This document shows, in pieces, positions 7,374 through 14,642 of a stretch of DNA of 24,000 nucleotides. The DNA is taken from positions 36,905 through 60,904 of the forward strand of contig JANLHM010000001.1 in the NCBI GenBank assembly GCA_024654565.1, in the 5' to 3' direction. The notes beneath the pieces were generated by a model. That model was not told where the DNA came from, ran no database searches, and was given only the letters and a program-made list of their open reading frames with translations. The stretch's first letter is position 1; every line of letters begins with the position of its first letter. The stretch is from Nanobdellota archaeon. GTDB lineage: Archaea; Nanobdellota; Nanobdellia; Pacearchaeales; GW2011-AR1. The translations under genes were made by a program, and so were the position numbers.

Positions 7374-7985
7374 ATGTCAAAAGAAATTTTATCCCGTGGA
7401 GCTGAAGCAGTAATTTACAAGGATGGAGAAAATGTCCTGAAGGTGAGGCTCTCTAAAGGTTACAGGCTCCCTGAAATTGACAAGAGAATTATAAAAAGAA
7501 GAACAAAGTCTGAAACTAAGATTTTAATGAAGGCGTCTTCAATAGTTAACACTCCAAGACCTGAAGAAACAAAAAATGAAAATGAAATAATAATTCCCCA
7601 TATTGATGGAGATAAACTTTCAGAAACTCTAAGTTCATATGACGAAAAAAAGCAAAAGGAAGTAATGAAAAGTGTAGGAAAAGAAGTAGGAAAACTTCAT
7701 GAAGTGGGAATTGTTCACGGGGACTTGACAACTTCAAACATGATTCTTAAAGAAGAGAAAGTTTACATTATTGACTTTGGGCTCGGTTCATTTAATGGGA
7801 AGTGTGAACAAAAAGGCGTTGACGTTCATTTGTTGAAGCAAGCGCTTGAAGCAAAACACTTTCAAAATCATGAAAAACTTTTCAGTTGGTTTAAGGAAGG
7901 ATATGAATCAATAAATAAAGAAGAATCAAAAAAAGTTTTTCTTCGTGTAAATGAAATTGAGAAAAGAGGAAGGTACAGACATTAA
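7374..7985 (+). CDS. bud32: Bud32/PRPK-type atypical kinase (KEOPS subunit)
   Basis: GAEAVIY glycine-loop region, catalytic loop HGDLTTSNMIL, IIDFGL (DFG) and a C-terminal EKRGRY tail. The small size (203 aa) is typical of archaeal Bud32. Confidence 0.85.
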   Translation: MSKEILSRGAEAVIYKDGENVLKVRLSKGYRLPEIDKRIIKRRTKSETKILMKASSIVNTPRPEETKNENEIIIPHIDGDKLSETLSSYDEKKQKEVMKSVGKEVGKLHEVGIVHGDLTTSNMILKEEKVYIIDFGLGSFNGKCEQKGVDVHLLKQALEAKHFQNHEKLFSWFKEGYESINKEESKKVFLRVNEIEKRGRYRH

Positions 7986-8170
7986 ACTTTGAAATAATCA
8001 ATTATTCTTTTAAAAAATAAATAATATTTATTACGGTTTTCTTTAACCTCTTCAAGACTGTATTCTTTAGTTTTTTCATCCCAATCCAATAATCTATCTG
8101 GGTCCTTAGTCGGGGGATGGTCTCCAACAAAAGAATCTAACTCTTGAACATTCGCCCCCACAACAGTCAT
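7982..8170 (-). CDS. Hypothetical small protein (62 aa)
   Basis: This ORF has no competing ORF on the other strand and shows acidic, non-repetitive composition. Its stop overlaps the bud32 stop by 4 nt (convergent genes). No family recognised. Confidence 0.35.
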   Translation of the reverse strand: MTVVGANVQELDSFVGDHPPTKDPDRLLDWDEKTKEYSLEEVKENRNKYYLFFKRIIDYFKV

Positions 8171-8256
8171 CTAAAGCCATGCCTTATTAATGCCGTTGAA
8201 TTTTTTAAAGATTATCCATCAAAACATTTATAACGGAATTTTAATTTTAAACGCAA

Positions 8257-8649
8257 ATGAAAAAATTGTTAGAAAAAGAAATAAAATGTAAAGAAGATTC
8301 TTTTGCCGAAAAAGTAAAAGAAAAAGGGGGACTTGCAGGAGTTATTGGGGTGGGAGTTCTGGGATTTGTTCATACTCTTTCACATGTAATTCCCGCAATA
8401 GGGGCACTTAGTATGTCTCAGCTTGAACACTCATCTGAAGAAGCTCTTTACCTCTTTGGGTATAATGTTGAACCCATTTTATCTCATCCTGTAATGCAGA
8501 TTGCTTACCTTGCTTTTGTTCCTTTAAGTTTTTACTATATATGGAACGATCATAAGCACCATAAACATGAAAAGGAAGTAAGAAGTGAACTCTTAAGGGC
8601 AAAACAAGAAATTGAAGAACTTAAAAAAGAAAAATTAAATTTAAAATAG
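8257..8649 (+). CDS. Membrane protein (130 aa) with a His-rich segment and a C-terminal coiled-coil-like tail
   Basis: Two hydrophobic helices (LAGVIGVGVLGFVHTLSHVIPAIGAL; VMQIAYLAFVPLSFYYIW), then WNDHKHHKHEKE, then a Lys/Glu-rich helix. A TATA-like catttataacgg sits at about 8225-8235. Confidence 0.6.
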   Translation: MKKLLEKEIKCKEDSFAEKVKEKGGLAGVIGVGVLGFVHTLSHVIPAIGALSMSQLEHSSEEALYLFGYNVEPILSHPVMQIAYLAFVPLSFYYIWNDHKHHKHEKEVRSELLRAKQEIEELKKEKLNLK

Positions 8650-8793
8650 CCCCCCCGATCCTTTAAATAGGTCCATGGTGCCCAAGTATTAGCGGGGTAT
8701 CGAACCCAAGGTTTGAATCACAAAATAATAGCCCCACCCGGATCCTTGAAAAGGTCCTCGCACCTTCTTGGTGTCGAACTTGGTTCGAATCTA
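8646..8793 (-). repeat. Two degenerate tandem units (about 65 and 82 nt) downstream of tRNA-Gln, each ending (minus sense) in a copy of the tRNA 3' terminus
   Basis: Plus-strand atagccccacccggat occurs exactly at 8728-8743 and at 8793-8808, the latter inside tRNA-Gln. A third, degenerate copy atagcccccccgatcc lies at 8646-8661. The units also share gatcctt.aaa.aggtcc and g.tcgaac..ggtt.gaatc blocks. Confidence 0.45.
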
Positions 8794-8866
8794 TAGCCCC
8801 ACCCGGATTCGAACCGGGGTCACAGGCTTCAAAGGCCTGCATACTTGACCGCTGTACTATGGGGCT
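8794..8866 (-). tRNA. tRNA-Gln (anticodon UUG), 73 nt, no encoded CCA
   Basis: Hand-folded cloverleaf: AGCCCCA/TGGGGCT acceptor (A1-U72), D arm GTAC-AGCGGTCAA-GTAT, anticodon arm CAGGC-CTTTGAA-GCCTG, T arm CCCGG-TTCGAAT-CCGGG, discriminator A. Confidence 0.85.
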
Positions 8867-8890
8867 TTATAAAAAATTAACTCGAAATTA

Positions 8891-8899
8891 ATTTATAAG
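8891..8899 (-). promoter_or_regulatory. TATA-like box for tRNA-Gln
   Basis: atttataag (cttataaat on the minus strand) lies 25-33 nt upstream of the tRNA 5' end at 8866. Confidence 0.3.
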
Positions 8900-9045
8900 A
8901 GTTTGGATGGGTGTTTTCCTTATATTTTTGAGCTGTCCTTTTAACTGAGTGTAAATCACATGATGTTTAACTTTTAAATTCTAACTTGAATTATCACTAA
9001 GAAATTTTAATGAACTAATATAAAAAATAAACTCCAAACTTTTTT

Positions 9046-9273
9046 ATGAAAAAAGCAATACTTTTTTGCCTTAGGCAAAAAGTCTTTTTGAAGAATTTAC
9101 TTGTGGAAAAGCACATCCTCCCAATAAGGGGAACAATGCCTGAAGAAACAAGTAGAGTTGAAGTAAATGTTTTAGGGGTTACTGGAAGTAAAGCTTTGGT
9201 GTTATTACCAAATGTAATGGCTAATGGGGAACAGAATACGGCGCTTGTCGATTTAAAATACATTGAAGAATAA
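9046..9273 (+). CDS. Hypothetical small protein (75 aa; possibly a shorter form starting at MPEETS)
   Basis: The ORF is preceded by taatataaaaaa about 26 nt upstream. An equally long antisense ORF (9015-9263) exists, so the strand choice is uncertain. I prefer the plus strand because of the promoter spacing and the downstream hairpin plus T-run. Confidence 0.35.
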   Translation: MKKAILFCLRQKVFLKNLLVEKHILPIRGTMPEETSRVEVNVLGVTGSKALVLLPNVMANGEQNTALVDLKYIEE

Positions 9274-9305
9274 AACTCTTTAAGGCAATTTTTTGTTTTA
9301 GGGGG

Positions 9306-9356
9306 CTTTGTTAAACCTTTAAATTAGATTTTTAACAAAGTCCTTTAAGTTTTTTT
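9306..9356. terminator. Hairpin plus T7 run between convergent genes
   Basis: ctttgttaaa (9306-9315) and tttaacaaag (9331-9340) are exact reverse complements around a 15-nt loop. A T7 run follows at 9350-9356. Confidence 0.3.
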
Positions 9357-9382
9357 AATCTATAAGAAAACATCTAAATTTT

Positions 9383-10180
9383 TTACTTAACAAAAATAGA
9401 TCTGTAAAACAATTCTCTGTTTATCTCTTGTTTTTCAGGAGACATCCTTTGAAAAATGTCTTTCATTCTGAAAGGTTTATATTCCTCTCCTGAAAGGCAT
9501 GCTGCAAGTTTTTTGTATTCAACGCTCACATCAGAATTTGGTTTAAAGTAGGTTGAAGGAATAAAGTGTGATTGAGATTCTAAAACCCTTACATCATGGG
9601 GAATAAATGCAAGAACAGGAACATCACTTGTTTTTTCAATGTCTTCAAGTGAAAGTTCAAAGTTTTTTCCGTAAACTTTGTTGAGTATCAATCCAGTAAT
9701 TGGAGTTCCTCTTTTTTTCGCAAGTGCAATTGCTTTAATTGTCATTGTAAGAGTTGAAACGTCAGGAGTTGAAACAACAAAAAGCTCATCTGAAGCCATA
9801 ATTGTCGCAAGAGTTTCACTGTTTAAGGCAGGAGAAGAATCAATTAAAATAAAGTCATATTTGTGTTTAAGTTTTCTTACTCTGTCTTTAAGTTTTAAAG
9901 GATCAAATTGTTTTTTGGGATAAATTGAAGCAGGAATTACTCCAAAACCTTCATAGTCATAAATCGCGTCCTGGACATCAATTTCATCATTAAGAACGTG
10001 GTGAATTGTTTTATCTGGTTCAATTATATTTAAGTGAATTCCAAGGTTTGGTGCAGAGAAGTTAGCGTCGACAAGAAGCACTTTTTTTCCAAACGAAGCA
10101 AGAGCAGCTCCAAGCGAAACAACACTTGTTGTTTTACCAACGCCCCCTTTAAGACTTAATATTCCAATCACCTTACCCAT
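9383..10180 (-). CDS. MinD/ParA-family P-loop ATPase (archaeal MinD-like), copy 1
   Basis: Deviant Walker A motif SLKGGVGKTTS. LLVDANFSAPNLGIHL and FILIDSSPAL (Walker B-like) are also present. It is clearly paralogous to the 18712-19482 product. Confidence 0.85.
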   Translation of the reverse strand: MGKVIGILSLKGGVGKTTSVVSLGAALASFGKKVLLVDANFSAPNLGIHLNIIEPDKTIHHVLNDEIDVQDAIYDYEGFGVIPASIYPKKQFDPLKLKDRVRKLKHKYDFILIDSSPALNSETLATIMASDELFVVSTPDVSTLTMTIKAIALAKKRGTPITGLILNKVYGKNFELSLEDIEKTSDVPVLAFIPHDVRVLESQSHFIPSTYFKPNSDVSVEYKKLAACLSGEEYKPFRMKDIFQRMSPEKQEINRELFYRSIFVK

Positions 10181-10338
10181 CTTAAAAATAATGAAATATG
10201 ATTTAAATATGTTTTTAATTGAATTTTAACGAAAATTTTCTAAAACGCTCAGGGTCGGATTGGGATTCGTGAAAGAGACACTCGCAACGTTTTTTAAAAA
10301 AAACATAAACCACCGGTTCAAATCTTACAACTTTAAAA

Positions 10339-10413
10339 CGCCCGGGACAGGATTTGAACCTGCGACTTCCAGCTTAGAAGGCTGGCACTCTATCCAGGCT
10401 GAGTTACCCAGGC
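10339..10413 (-). tRNA. tRNA-Arg (anticodon UCU), 75 nt, no encoded CCA
   Basis: Hand-folded: acceptor GCCTGGG/CCCGGGC (one G-U pair), D arm ACTC-AGCCTGGATA-GAGT, anticodon arm CCAGC-CTTCTAA-GCTGG, T arm GCAGG-TTCAAAT-CCTGT, discriminator G. It lies 69 nt downstream of the RNase Z stop on the same strand. Confidence 0.85.
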
Positions 10414-10481
10414 AGTAAATATAATTAACGAGTTCCGTTTAAAAGTTTTTAGTTTTGGGTTTTTAAGGTTAAACTTGTTTT

Positions 10482-11387
10482 TTAAATCTCAAATTTATCA
10501 AAATCTCTTGCCAAAGTTGTTTCCTTAAAAATTCCTTTTGCTTCAGAAAGGAGTTCTTTAATGTTTTTCGAATGCCTTGAACCAACATGTGTAATAATCA
10601 ATTTTTTTACCTTCCCTTTTTTTGCAATTTCTGCAGCCTGTGAAACAGTCATATGAAGGTGTTCTTCTGCTTCCTTCTCAAGGTCTTTTGAATATGTTCC
10701 TTCTGAAATAAAGATGTCTGAGTCCTTAACAAAAGGTAAGATTCTTTTGTTCAGTTTTGTGTCAAGAACAACTGAAACTTTCTTATTTTCTTCTTCATAA
10801 ATTAAATCCTTTGCTTTGAATTTTTTTCCGTTGTAAGTTACGTCCTTCCCCTCTTTTATTTTTTGTAAAAGTGGCCCTTCTGGAAGACCTGATTTTTTTA
10901 ATTTCGCCTTGTCAATTCTTGAAGTTCCTTTTACTGTAAAGGAATAAGAAAGTGCTGGAACTCCGTGTTCCATTTCTTCACAAGAAATAAAAAAATCTTT
11001 TTGATCTAAGAGAACCCCCGATTCAACTTCTTTAACTTTTATTTCATAATTCTTGTAAAAATTAAAAACTTCAAGCATTTTTCTTATTTTTTCATCAATC
11101 CCTTTTGGTCCATAAATAAAGAGGGTTTTATTGTATCCACTTGATGCAAGGGTGGACAAAAGCCCTGGAAGTCCAAGAACGTGGTCTCCGTGCCAGTGTG
11201 TGATTAAAATTCGTGTTATTTTACATGGATTCAATTCCGCTTTCCTGAACTGCCTTTGAGTGCCTTCTCCGCAGTCAACAAGGACATTTTCTTCATTGAA
11301 GTTAATCAGGATTGAAGTGTGGTTTCTGCCTTTACTTGGAATCTGGTCAGCTGTTCCTAAAAAAGTAATTTCCACTTTTGATGCCAT
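10482..11387 (-). CDS. rnz: Ribonuclease Z (tRNA 3' endonuclease, metallo-beta-lactamase fold)
   Basis: ITFLGT, the HxHxDH motif THWHGDHVLG and a C-terminal ITHVGSRH. I use the ATG start (MASKVEITFLG) at 11387; the track start at 11402 is a TTG extension. Confidence 0.85.
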   Translation of the reverse strand: MASKVEITFLGTADQIPSKGRNHTSILINFNEENVLVDCGEGTQRQFRKAELNPCKITRILITHWHGDHVLGLPGLLSTLASSGYNKTLFIYGPKGIDEKIRKMLEVFNFYKNYEIKVKEVESGVLLDQKDFFISCEEMEHGVPALSYSFTVKGTSRIDKAKLKKSGLPEGPLLQKIKEGKDVTYNGKKFKAKDLIYEEENKKVSVVLDTKLNKRILPFVKDSDIFISEGTYSKDLEKEAEEHLHMTVSQAAEIAKKGKVKKLIITHVGSRHSKNIKELLSEAKGIFKETTLARDFDKFEI

Positions 11388-11423
11388 ATTGTGAAGAGGC
11401 AAATCGCATATATAAAAGTTCTT

Positions 11424-11609
11424 TTACTCAAACCTTTCAAAAAATCTCATGACATAAAGAACGATTGCAAAAAGGATTACCATTACTCCAAATATGAAGT
11501 AGTAACCCAGGAAGTTAAAGCTGTCTTTGAAGTATGAAATAATTATCAAAAGAATTCCAAATACGAGTATAACTTCTCTTAATTCAACAAGCCAATTTCT
11601 TCCTGCCAT
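11424..11609 (-). CDS. Small membrane protein (61 aa, two hydrophobic helices)
   Basis: VILVFGILLIIISYF and YYFIFGVMVILFAIVLYV. It lies 36 nt upstream of rnz on the same strand. A TATA-like gatttaaatc lies about 21-31 nt upstream. Confidence 0.5.
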   Translation of the reverse strand: MAGRNWLVELREVILVFGILLIIISYFKDSFNFLGYYFIFGVMVILFAIVLYVMRFFERFE

Positions 11610-11730
11610 GATTTGTTTAAAGTAAAATTGATTTAAATCTCTTTTGGAAAGCTCACACTATAACTTATTACTCCAGAATTCGACCCCCGGCGAAAAATAC
11701 TCGGGAATGAACGCCAATTTCAAATTATTT

Positions 11731-11976
11731 TTATTTAAGTGCAGTTGAAGCAGGTGAAATGTAAATTATTGTATCTCCTCTTAAAAAAGTCAATCCAAGA
11801 CTTTTCTTTTGAGATCCATTTTCCATTTCTTTCACGTTATCCAACACCAGATTGATGTGGATATCAAAAGCTAGAAGAGTTCCAACAAACTCCTTGTCAC
11901 CTTTCAACCGGACCAAAATTTCTTTACCCTTAGATGTGTTAAGCAAATCCAAAGGTCTTTCAATTCCGTTAACCAT
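11731..11976 (-). CDS. Sm-like (LSm / SmAP) RNA-binding protein
   Basis: Sm1 motif ILVRLKGDKEFVGTLLAFDIHINLVLDNV and Sm2 motif FLRGDTIIYISP. The 81-aa size is typical. Confidence 0.85.
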   Translation of the reverse strand: MVNGIERPLDLLNTSKGKEILVRLKGDKEFVGTLLAFDIHINLVLDNVKEMENGSQKKSLGLTFLRGDTIIYISPASTALK

Positions 11977-11997
11977 AGTTTAATTCTGAAATTTTTG

Positions 11998-12006
11998 TTT
12001 ATAAAT
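11998..12006 (-). promoter_or_regulatory. TATA-like box for the Sm gene
   Basis: atttataaa on the minus strand lies 22-30 nt upstream of the ATG at 11976. It forms a divergent promoter pair with the S8e box. Confidence 0.3.
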
Positions 12007-12050
12007 TTTGTCATACTGGAAAAACATTAAATTTTTGAGATACAGGAAAC

Positions 12051-12060
12051 TTTATAAATA
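12051..12060 (+). promoter_or_regulatory. TATA-like box for the S8e gene
   Basis: tttataaata lies 25-34 nt upstream of the ATG at 12085. Confidence 0.3.
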
Positions 12061-12084
12061 AAAATTGAGAAGGTTTACTATAAG

Positions 12085-12450
12085 ATGAAACTAGGAAAAA
12101 AAGTTACAGGCGGAAGGTACATTAAAGGAAGAAAGAAAAAGAAGTATGAGATGACTGGTCAGAAAAAGACTGTGAAGCTCGGAGAGGTTAAAAGGAAAAG
12201 CATAAGAACAACTGGCGGAAACAAAAAAACTTTCCTTTTAAGAGGAAATGTCGTTAATGTCCAGGTTGGAGACAAAGGCAAAAGACAAAAGCTCGCAATA
12301 AAAAATGTTCTTGAAACTCCTTCAAATAGATTCCTTGCAAGACAGAACATAATCACAAAAGGAACAATTGTTGAGACTGAAGCAGGAAAAGTTAAGGTAA
12401 CAAATAGGCCAACTCAGGAAGGAAATATCAACGGTGTTCTTCTCAAGTAA
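12085..12450 (+). CDS. rps8e: 30S ribosomal protein S8e
   Basis: GRKKKKYEM, IRTTGGNKK, NRFLARQNIITKG and VTNRPTQEGNINGVLL match the conserved S8e blocks. Confidence 0.9.
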   Translation: MKLGKKVTGGRYIKGRKKKKYEMTGQKKTVKLGEVKRKSIRTTGGNKKTFLLRGNVVNVQVGDKGKRQKLAIKNVLETPSNRFLARQNIITKGTIVETEAGKVKVTNRPTQEGNINGVLLK

Positions 12451-12488
12451 ATAATGATTATCCGGTAAATTTAATTTTTTTAGATCAT

Positions 12489-13301
12489 TTAATTATTGTT
12501 GTCAATAGTTTCTTTGTCTGAAAAAAAGAAATAATTCCTCCCATCTTCTCCTGTTATGGCTTTTCCCTTAAATGTATGGAATGAATGGGTTCCAATAGAA
12601 AAATTTGGAAAAATTTTTATTAAATAAAAATACCTTCTGAATTTGTCAAAGTCAAAGTTAACTCTACCGTTGTCGTCAAGGGCAAACTCCCCCATTCTTT
12701 GAGATGTCTCAAGAGAGGTTTCAGATAAAAGGGTAAACTTCGGGGCAACAACATCTTTATCAAGAATGTCAGAAATTCTTTTTGCAATGTTGTCCTCTCC
12801 AGAACCTGCTGAGCATGAATATAAAATTATGATTGCATCTTTTGAAAAAGAGTTTTTGTATTTTTCGAAAATCTTTTGGACATTTGAAGTGTCAACATTC
12901 TCAGATTCACTAACTTCAAAAGAATATTTTTTCCCGTGATATGCAAGTATAACTGCGTCAATTGATTTGTATTTGGAGTGTTCTTCAATGGAGTTGGAAA
13001 TTTCTTTTATACTCTTCGTTCTTTTTGTATGGAGTTCATATTCGGCAAAGTTTTTAAAATTATTTTTGAGCATCTCTTCCATTCCTTTTGTAACAAGGGG
13101 AGAGTCATATGTTGTGATAAGGGCAAGTACTTTTTTTTTGTTTTTCTCTTCTTTATATTCAAAATTTTTTAATTTGTCCTCCCAAAAATATTTTTTTTGA
13201 GAAGAAAGAGTTTGTGAATTTCCAAAGCTAAATGGAATAAAACTTCCAACAATAATTAAAGGAATTGTTAAATTCTTTAACTTATCAATTAGATTCATCA
13301 A
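12489..13301 (-). CDS. Secreted or membrane-anchored hypothetical protein (270 aa) with a possible caspase-like His/Cys dyad
   Basis: N-terminal hydrophobic segment LTIPLIIVGSFIPFSF. Strand-like VLALITTYD, then DAVILAYHG (H122-G), then DAIIILYSCSAGSG (C163). This order and context resemble clan CD cysteine peptidases. The functional call is inference only. Confidence 0.55.
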   Translation of the reverse strand: MMNLIDKLKNLTIPLIIVGSFIPFSFGNSQTLSSQKKYFWEDKLKNFEYKEEKNKKKVLALITTYDSPLVTKGMEEMLKNNFKNFAEYELHTKRTKSIKEISNSIEEHSKYKSIDAVILAYHGKKYSFEVSESENVDTSNVQKIFEKYKNSFSKDAIIILYSCSAGSGEDNIAKRISDILDKDVVAPKFTLLSETSLETSQRMGEFALDDNGRVNFDFDKFRRYFYLIKIFPNFSIGTHSFHTFKGKAITGEDGRNYFFFSDKETIDNNN

Positions 13302-13429
13302 AAATTTAAATCGAAAATTATTTATAAAAATTATGGTAGTTAATGGCCAAAAATTTTCTCATTTGTTCTAACAGAAATTTCTTCTTCTTTTGAATTTCAG
13401 GTGTTTTTTTTAAAAATTGTTTTGAGGGT

Positions 13430-14002
13430 TTATTTTCCCCTTCCTTTTCCCGCATTAACTGAAGGTCTTACTTTTGAAGTTGGACTTTTATTTCTTAGAC
13501 CACGTGATTTCTTCCCTGCAGAGGTAAGTCCTCTTTCGGCTCTGTTGTGGTTTTTAGGGTTTGTTATCCAAGTCATTGTTCTGTCGTTTTTTATTTCAGG
13601 CCTTGACGGGTCAACACATATCACTTCATAAAAATAGTTTATTCCATCTTTTCCTAATGGATAAGAATTTAGAACTTCCAGATTTGAAAACTTTTTAGAA
13701 ACCCTTTGTTCAGCAATCCACTTATAATTCATTTTAAGATTTTTATTTGTGTGCATCCTTTTTGACCTTCTACCTTTGTTTGGTCTAGGTCTTTTGTGTC
13801 CACCACGTTTGATTCTTATTCTTATAACAATAAATCCTTTCTTGTCCTTGTATCCAAGAGCTCTTGCACGGTCAAGTCTTAAAGGTTTTTCTACCTTTGT
13901 AAAAACACCTTCTTTTCTCCACTCCGTCATTCTGTTTCTGAGTGTTTCTACATCCGGCTTTCTCCATGCCTTTTTTATATAGTGATATAATCCGTGTGCC
14001 AT
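13430..14002 (-). CDS. rpl15e: 50S ribosomal protein L15e
   Basis: MAHGLYHYIKKAWRKP, RLDRARALGYK, GFIVIRIRIKRGG and RPNKGRRSKRM are conserved L15e blocks. I place the start at the ATG at 14002; the 31-codon upstream extension in the track (to 14095) would overlap the divergent gene at 14078. Confidence 0.9.
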   Translation of the reverse strand: MAHGLYHYIKKAWRKPDVETLRNRMTEWRKEGVFTKVEKPLRLDRARALGYKDKKGFIVIRIRIKRGGHKRPRPNKGRRSKRMHTNKNLKMNYKWIAEQRVSKKFSNLEVLNSYPLGKDGINYFYEVICVDPSRPEIKNDRTMTWITNPKNHNRAERGLTSAGKKSRGLRNKSPTSKVRPSVNAGKGRGK

Positions 14003-14077
14003 GTGGTTTAGAGAAAAATTTGGTTTAAAAAGCTTTGGAATATAAATTCTTATAAGTGGGAGGTCTTTAATTTTTAG

Positions 14078-14614
14078 ATGTCTAAAGATTTTCACTTCAT
14101 ACCCGTTGAAGACAGGAAAAGTCTAGATAAACTAATTAAATTTTTGAAACCACAAAGTCTCAATTATCCAAATTGGGAAACCTGGATTGATAAGGTTTAC
14201 TTTGAAACTCTAAGTGGGTACAAGGAAGCAATGATTCTAAAAACGAATGGAGAGGTTGTGGGCGATGTAATTTGTCAACCCCATAAAGAATTAAAATGGC
14301 TTTATGAATTCAAAAATATTAGAATACATCCCCAATTTAGAAATAGATTTTGTGCAAGTTTTCTAGCAAAGCAAGTCGAGTACAAGGCTAGGGAACTTTT
14401 TAGTGCAATTGTTGTCGATTTAAAATCAAGCGAGAAAGAAACGTTTCAATTTTTCCTTAGAATGGGTTACTTTCCAATAGGAGAAAAACCTCTTTATGAC
14501 GGCACTAATCCTGATACAATCATGATAAAAACTTTCAATGAAAAAACAAAGTCACAAATTACCTCCCTTACAAAAGAGATAATTATGGGAAAATCGAATT
14601 CACAAAACTTATAA
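14078..14614 (+). CDS. GNAT-family N-acetyltransferase-like protein
   Basis: NIRIHPQFRNRFCASFLAKQVEYKARE resembles a degenerate motif A (acetyl-CoA binding), and FFLRMGYFPIG resembles motif B. The size and secondary-structure pattern fit GNAT. Confidence 0.5.
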   Translation: MSKDFHFIPVEDRKSLDKLIKFLKPQSLNYPNWETWIDKVYFETLSGYKEAMILKTNGEVVGDVICQPHKELKWLYEFKNIRIHPQFRNRFCASFLAKQVEYKARELFSAIVVDLKSSEKETFQFFLRMGYFPIGEKPLYDGTNPDTIMIKTFNEKTKSQITSLTKEIIMGKSNSQNL

Positions 14615-14616
14615 AG
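14608..14616 (+). promoter_or_regulatory. TATA-like box for tRNA-Ile (overlaps the stop codon of the GNAT-like gene)
   Basis: cttataaag lies 27-35 nt upstream of the tRNA 5' end at 14643. Confidence 0.3.
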
Positions 14617-14642
14617 ATTCTCTATTTTCTGTTTTTTGTTAT

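Noticed and set aside
8646-8793. The tRNA-adjacent repeats as a CRISPR array or as split/permuted tRNA halves
   Set aside because: There are only two degenerate units with no unique spacers, so it is not CRISPR. Neither unit contains a pairable T arm plus a matching acceptor strand, so I could not build a half-tRNA or BHB intron by hand. A covariance-model scan would settle it.
8779-8795. Plus-strand GGTTCGAATC (and GGTTCAAATC at 10315-10324, GGTTTGAATC at 8710-8719) as T-loops of plus-strand tRNA genes
   Set aside because: The flanking 5-nt segments do not pair as T stems (CTTGG/CTATA, ACCGG/CTTAC), and no acceptor or anticodon arms can be built. I interpret them as trailer or repeat sequence instead.
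9015-9263. 82-aa minus-strand ORF antisense to 9046-9273
   Set aside because: Its hydrophobic, Cys/Phe/Ser-rich composition looks like an antisense shadow. The plus-strand ORF has better promoter spacing and a downstream hairpin plus T-run. Neither is strongly supported.
10242-10295. GC-richer patch (aaaacgctcagggtcggattgggattcgtgaaagagacactcgcaacgtttttt) in the AT-rich MinD/tRNA-Arg spacer, ending in a T6 run, as a possible small RNA
   Set aside because: I could find no convincing stem structure and no C/D or H/ACA box motifs on either strand. It is worth an Infernal/Rfam scan or RNA-seq check, but it cannot be called from sequence.
14003-14095. 31-codon N-terminal extension of L15e
   Set aside because: L15e proteins start at the conserved MAHG.Y.YI motif. 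The extension would also overlap the divergent GNAT-like gene and its promoter space.
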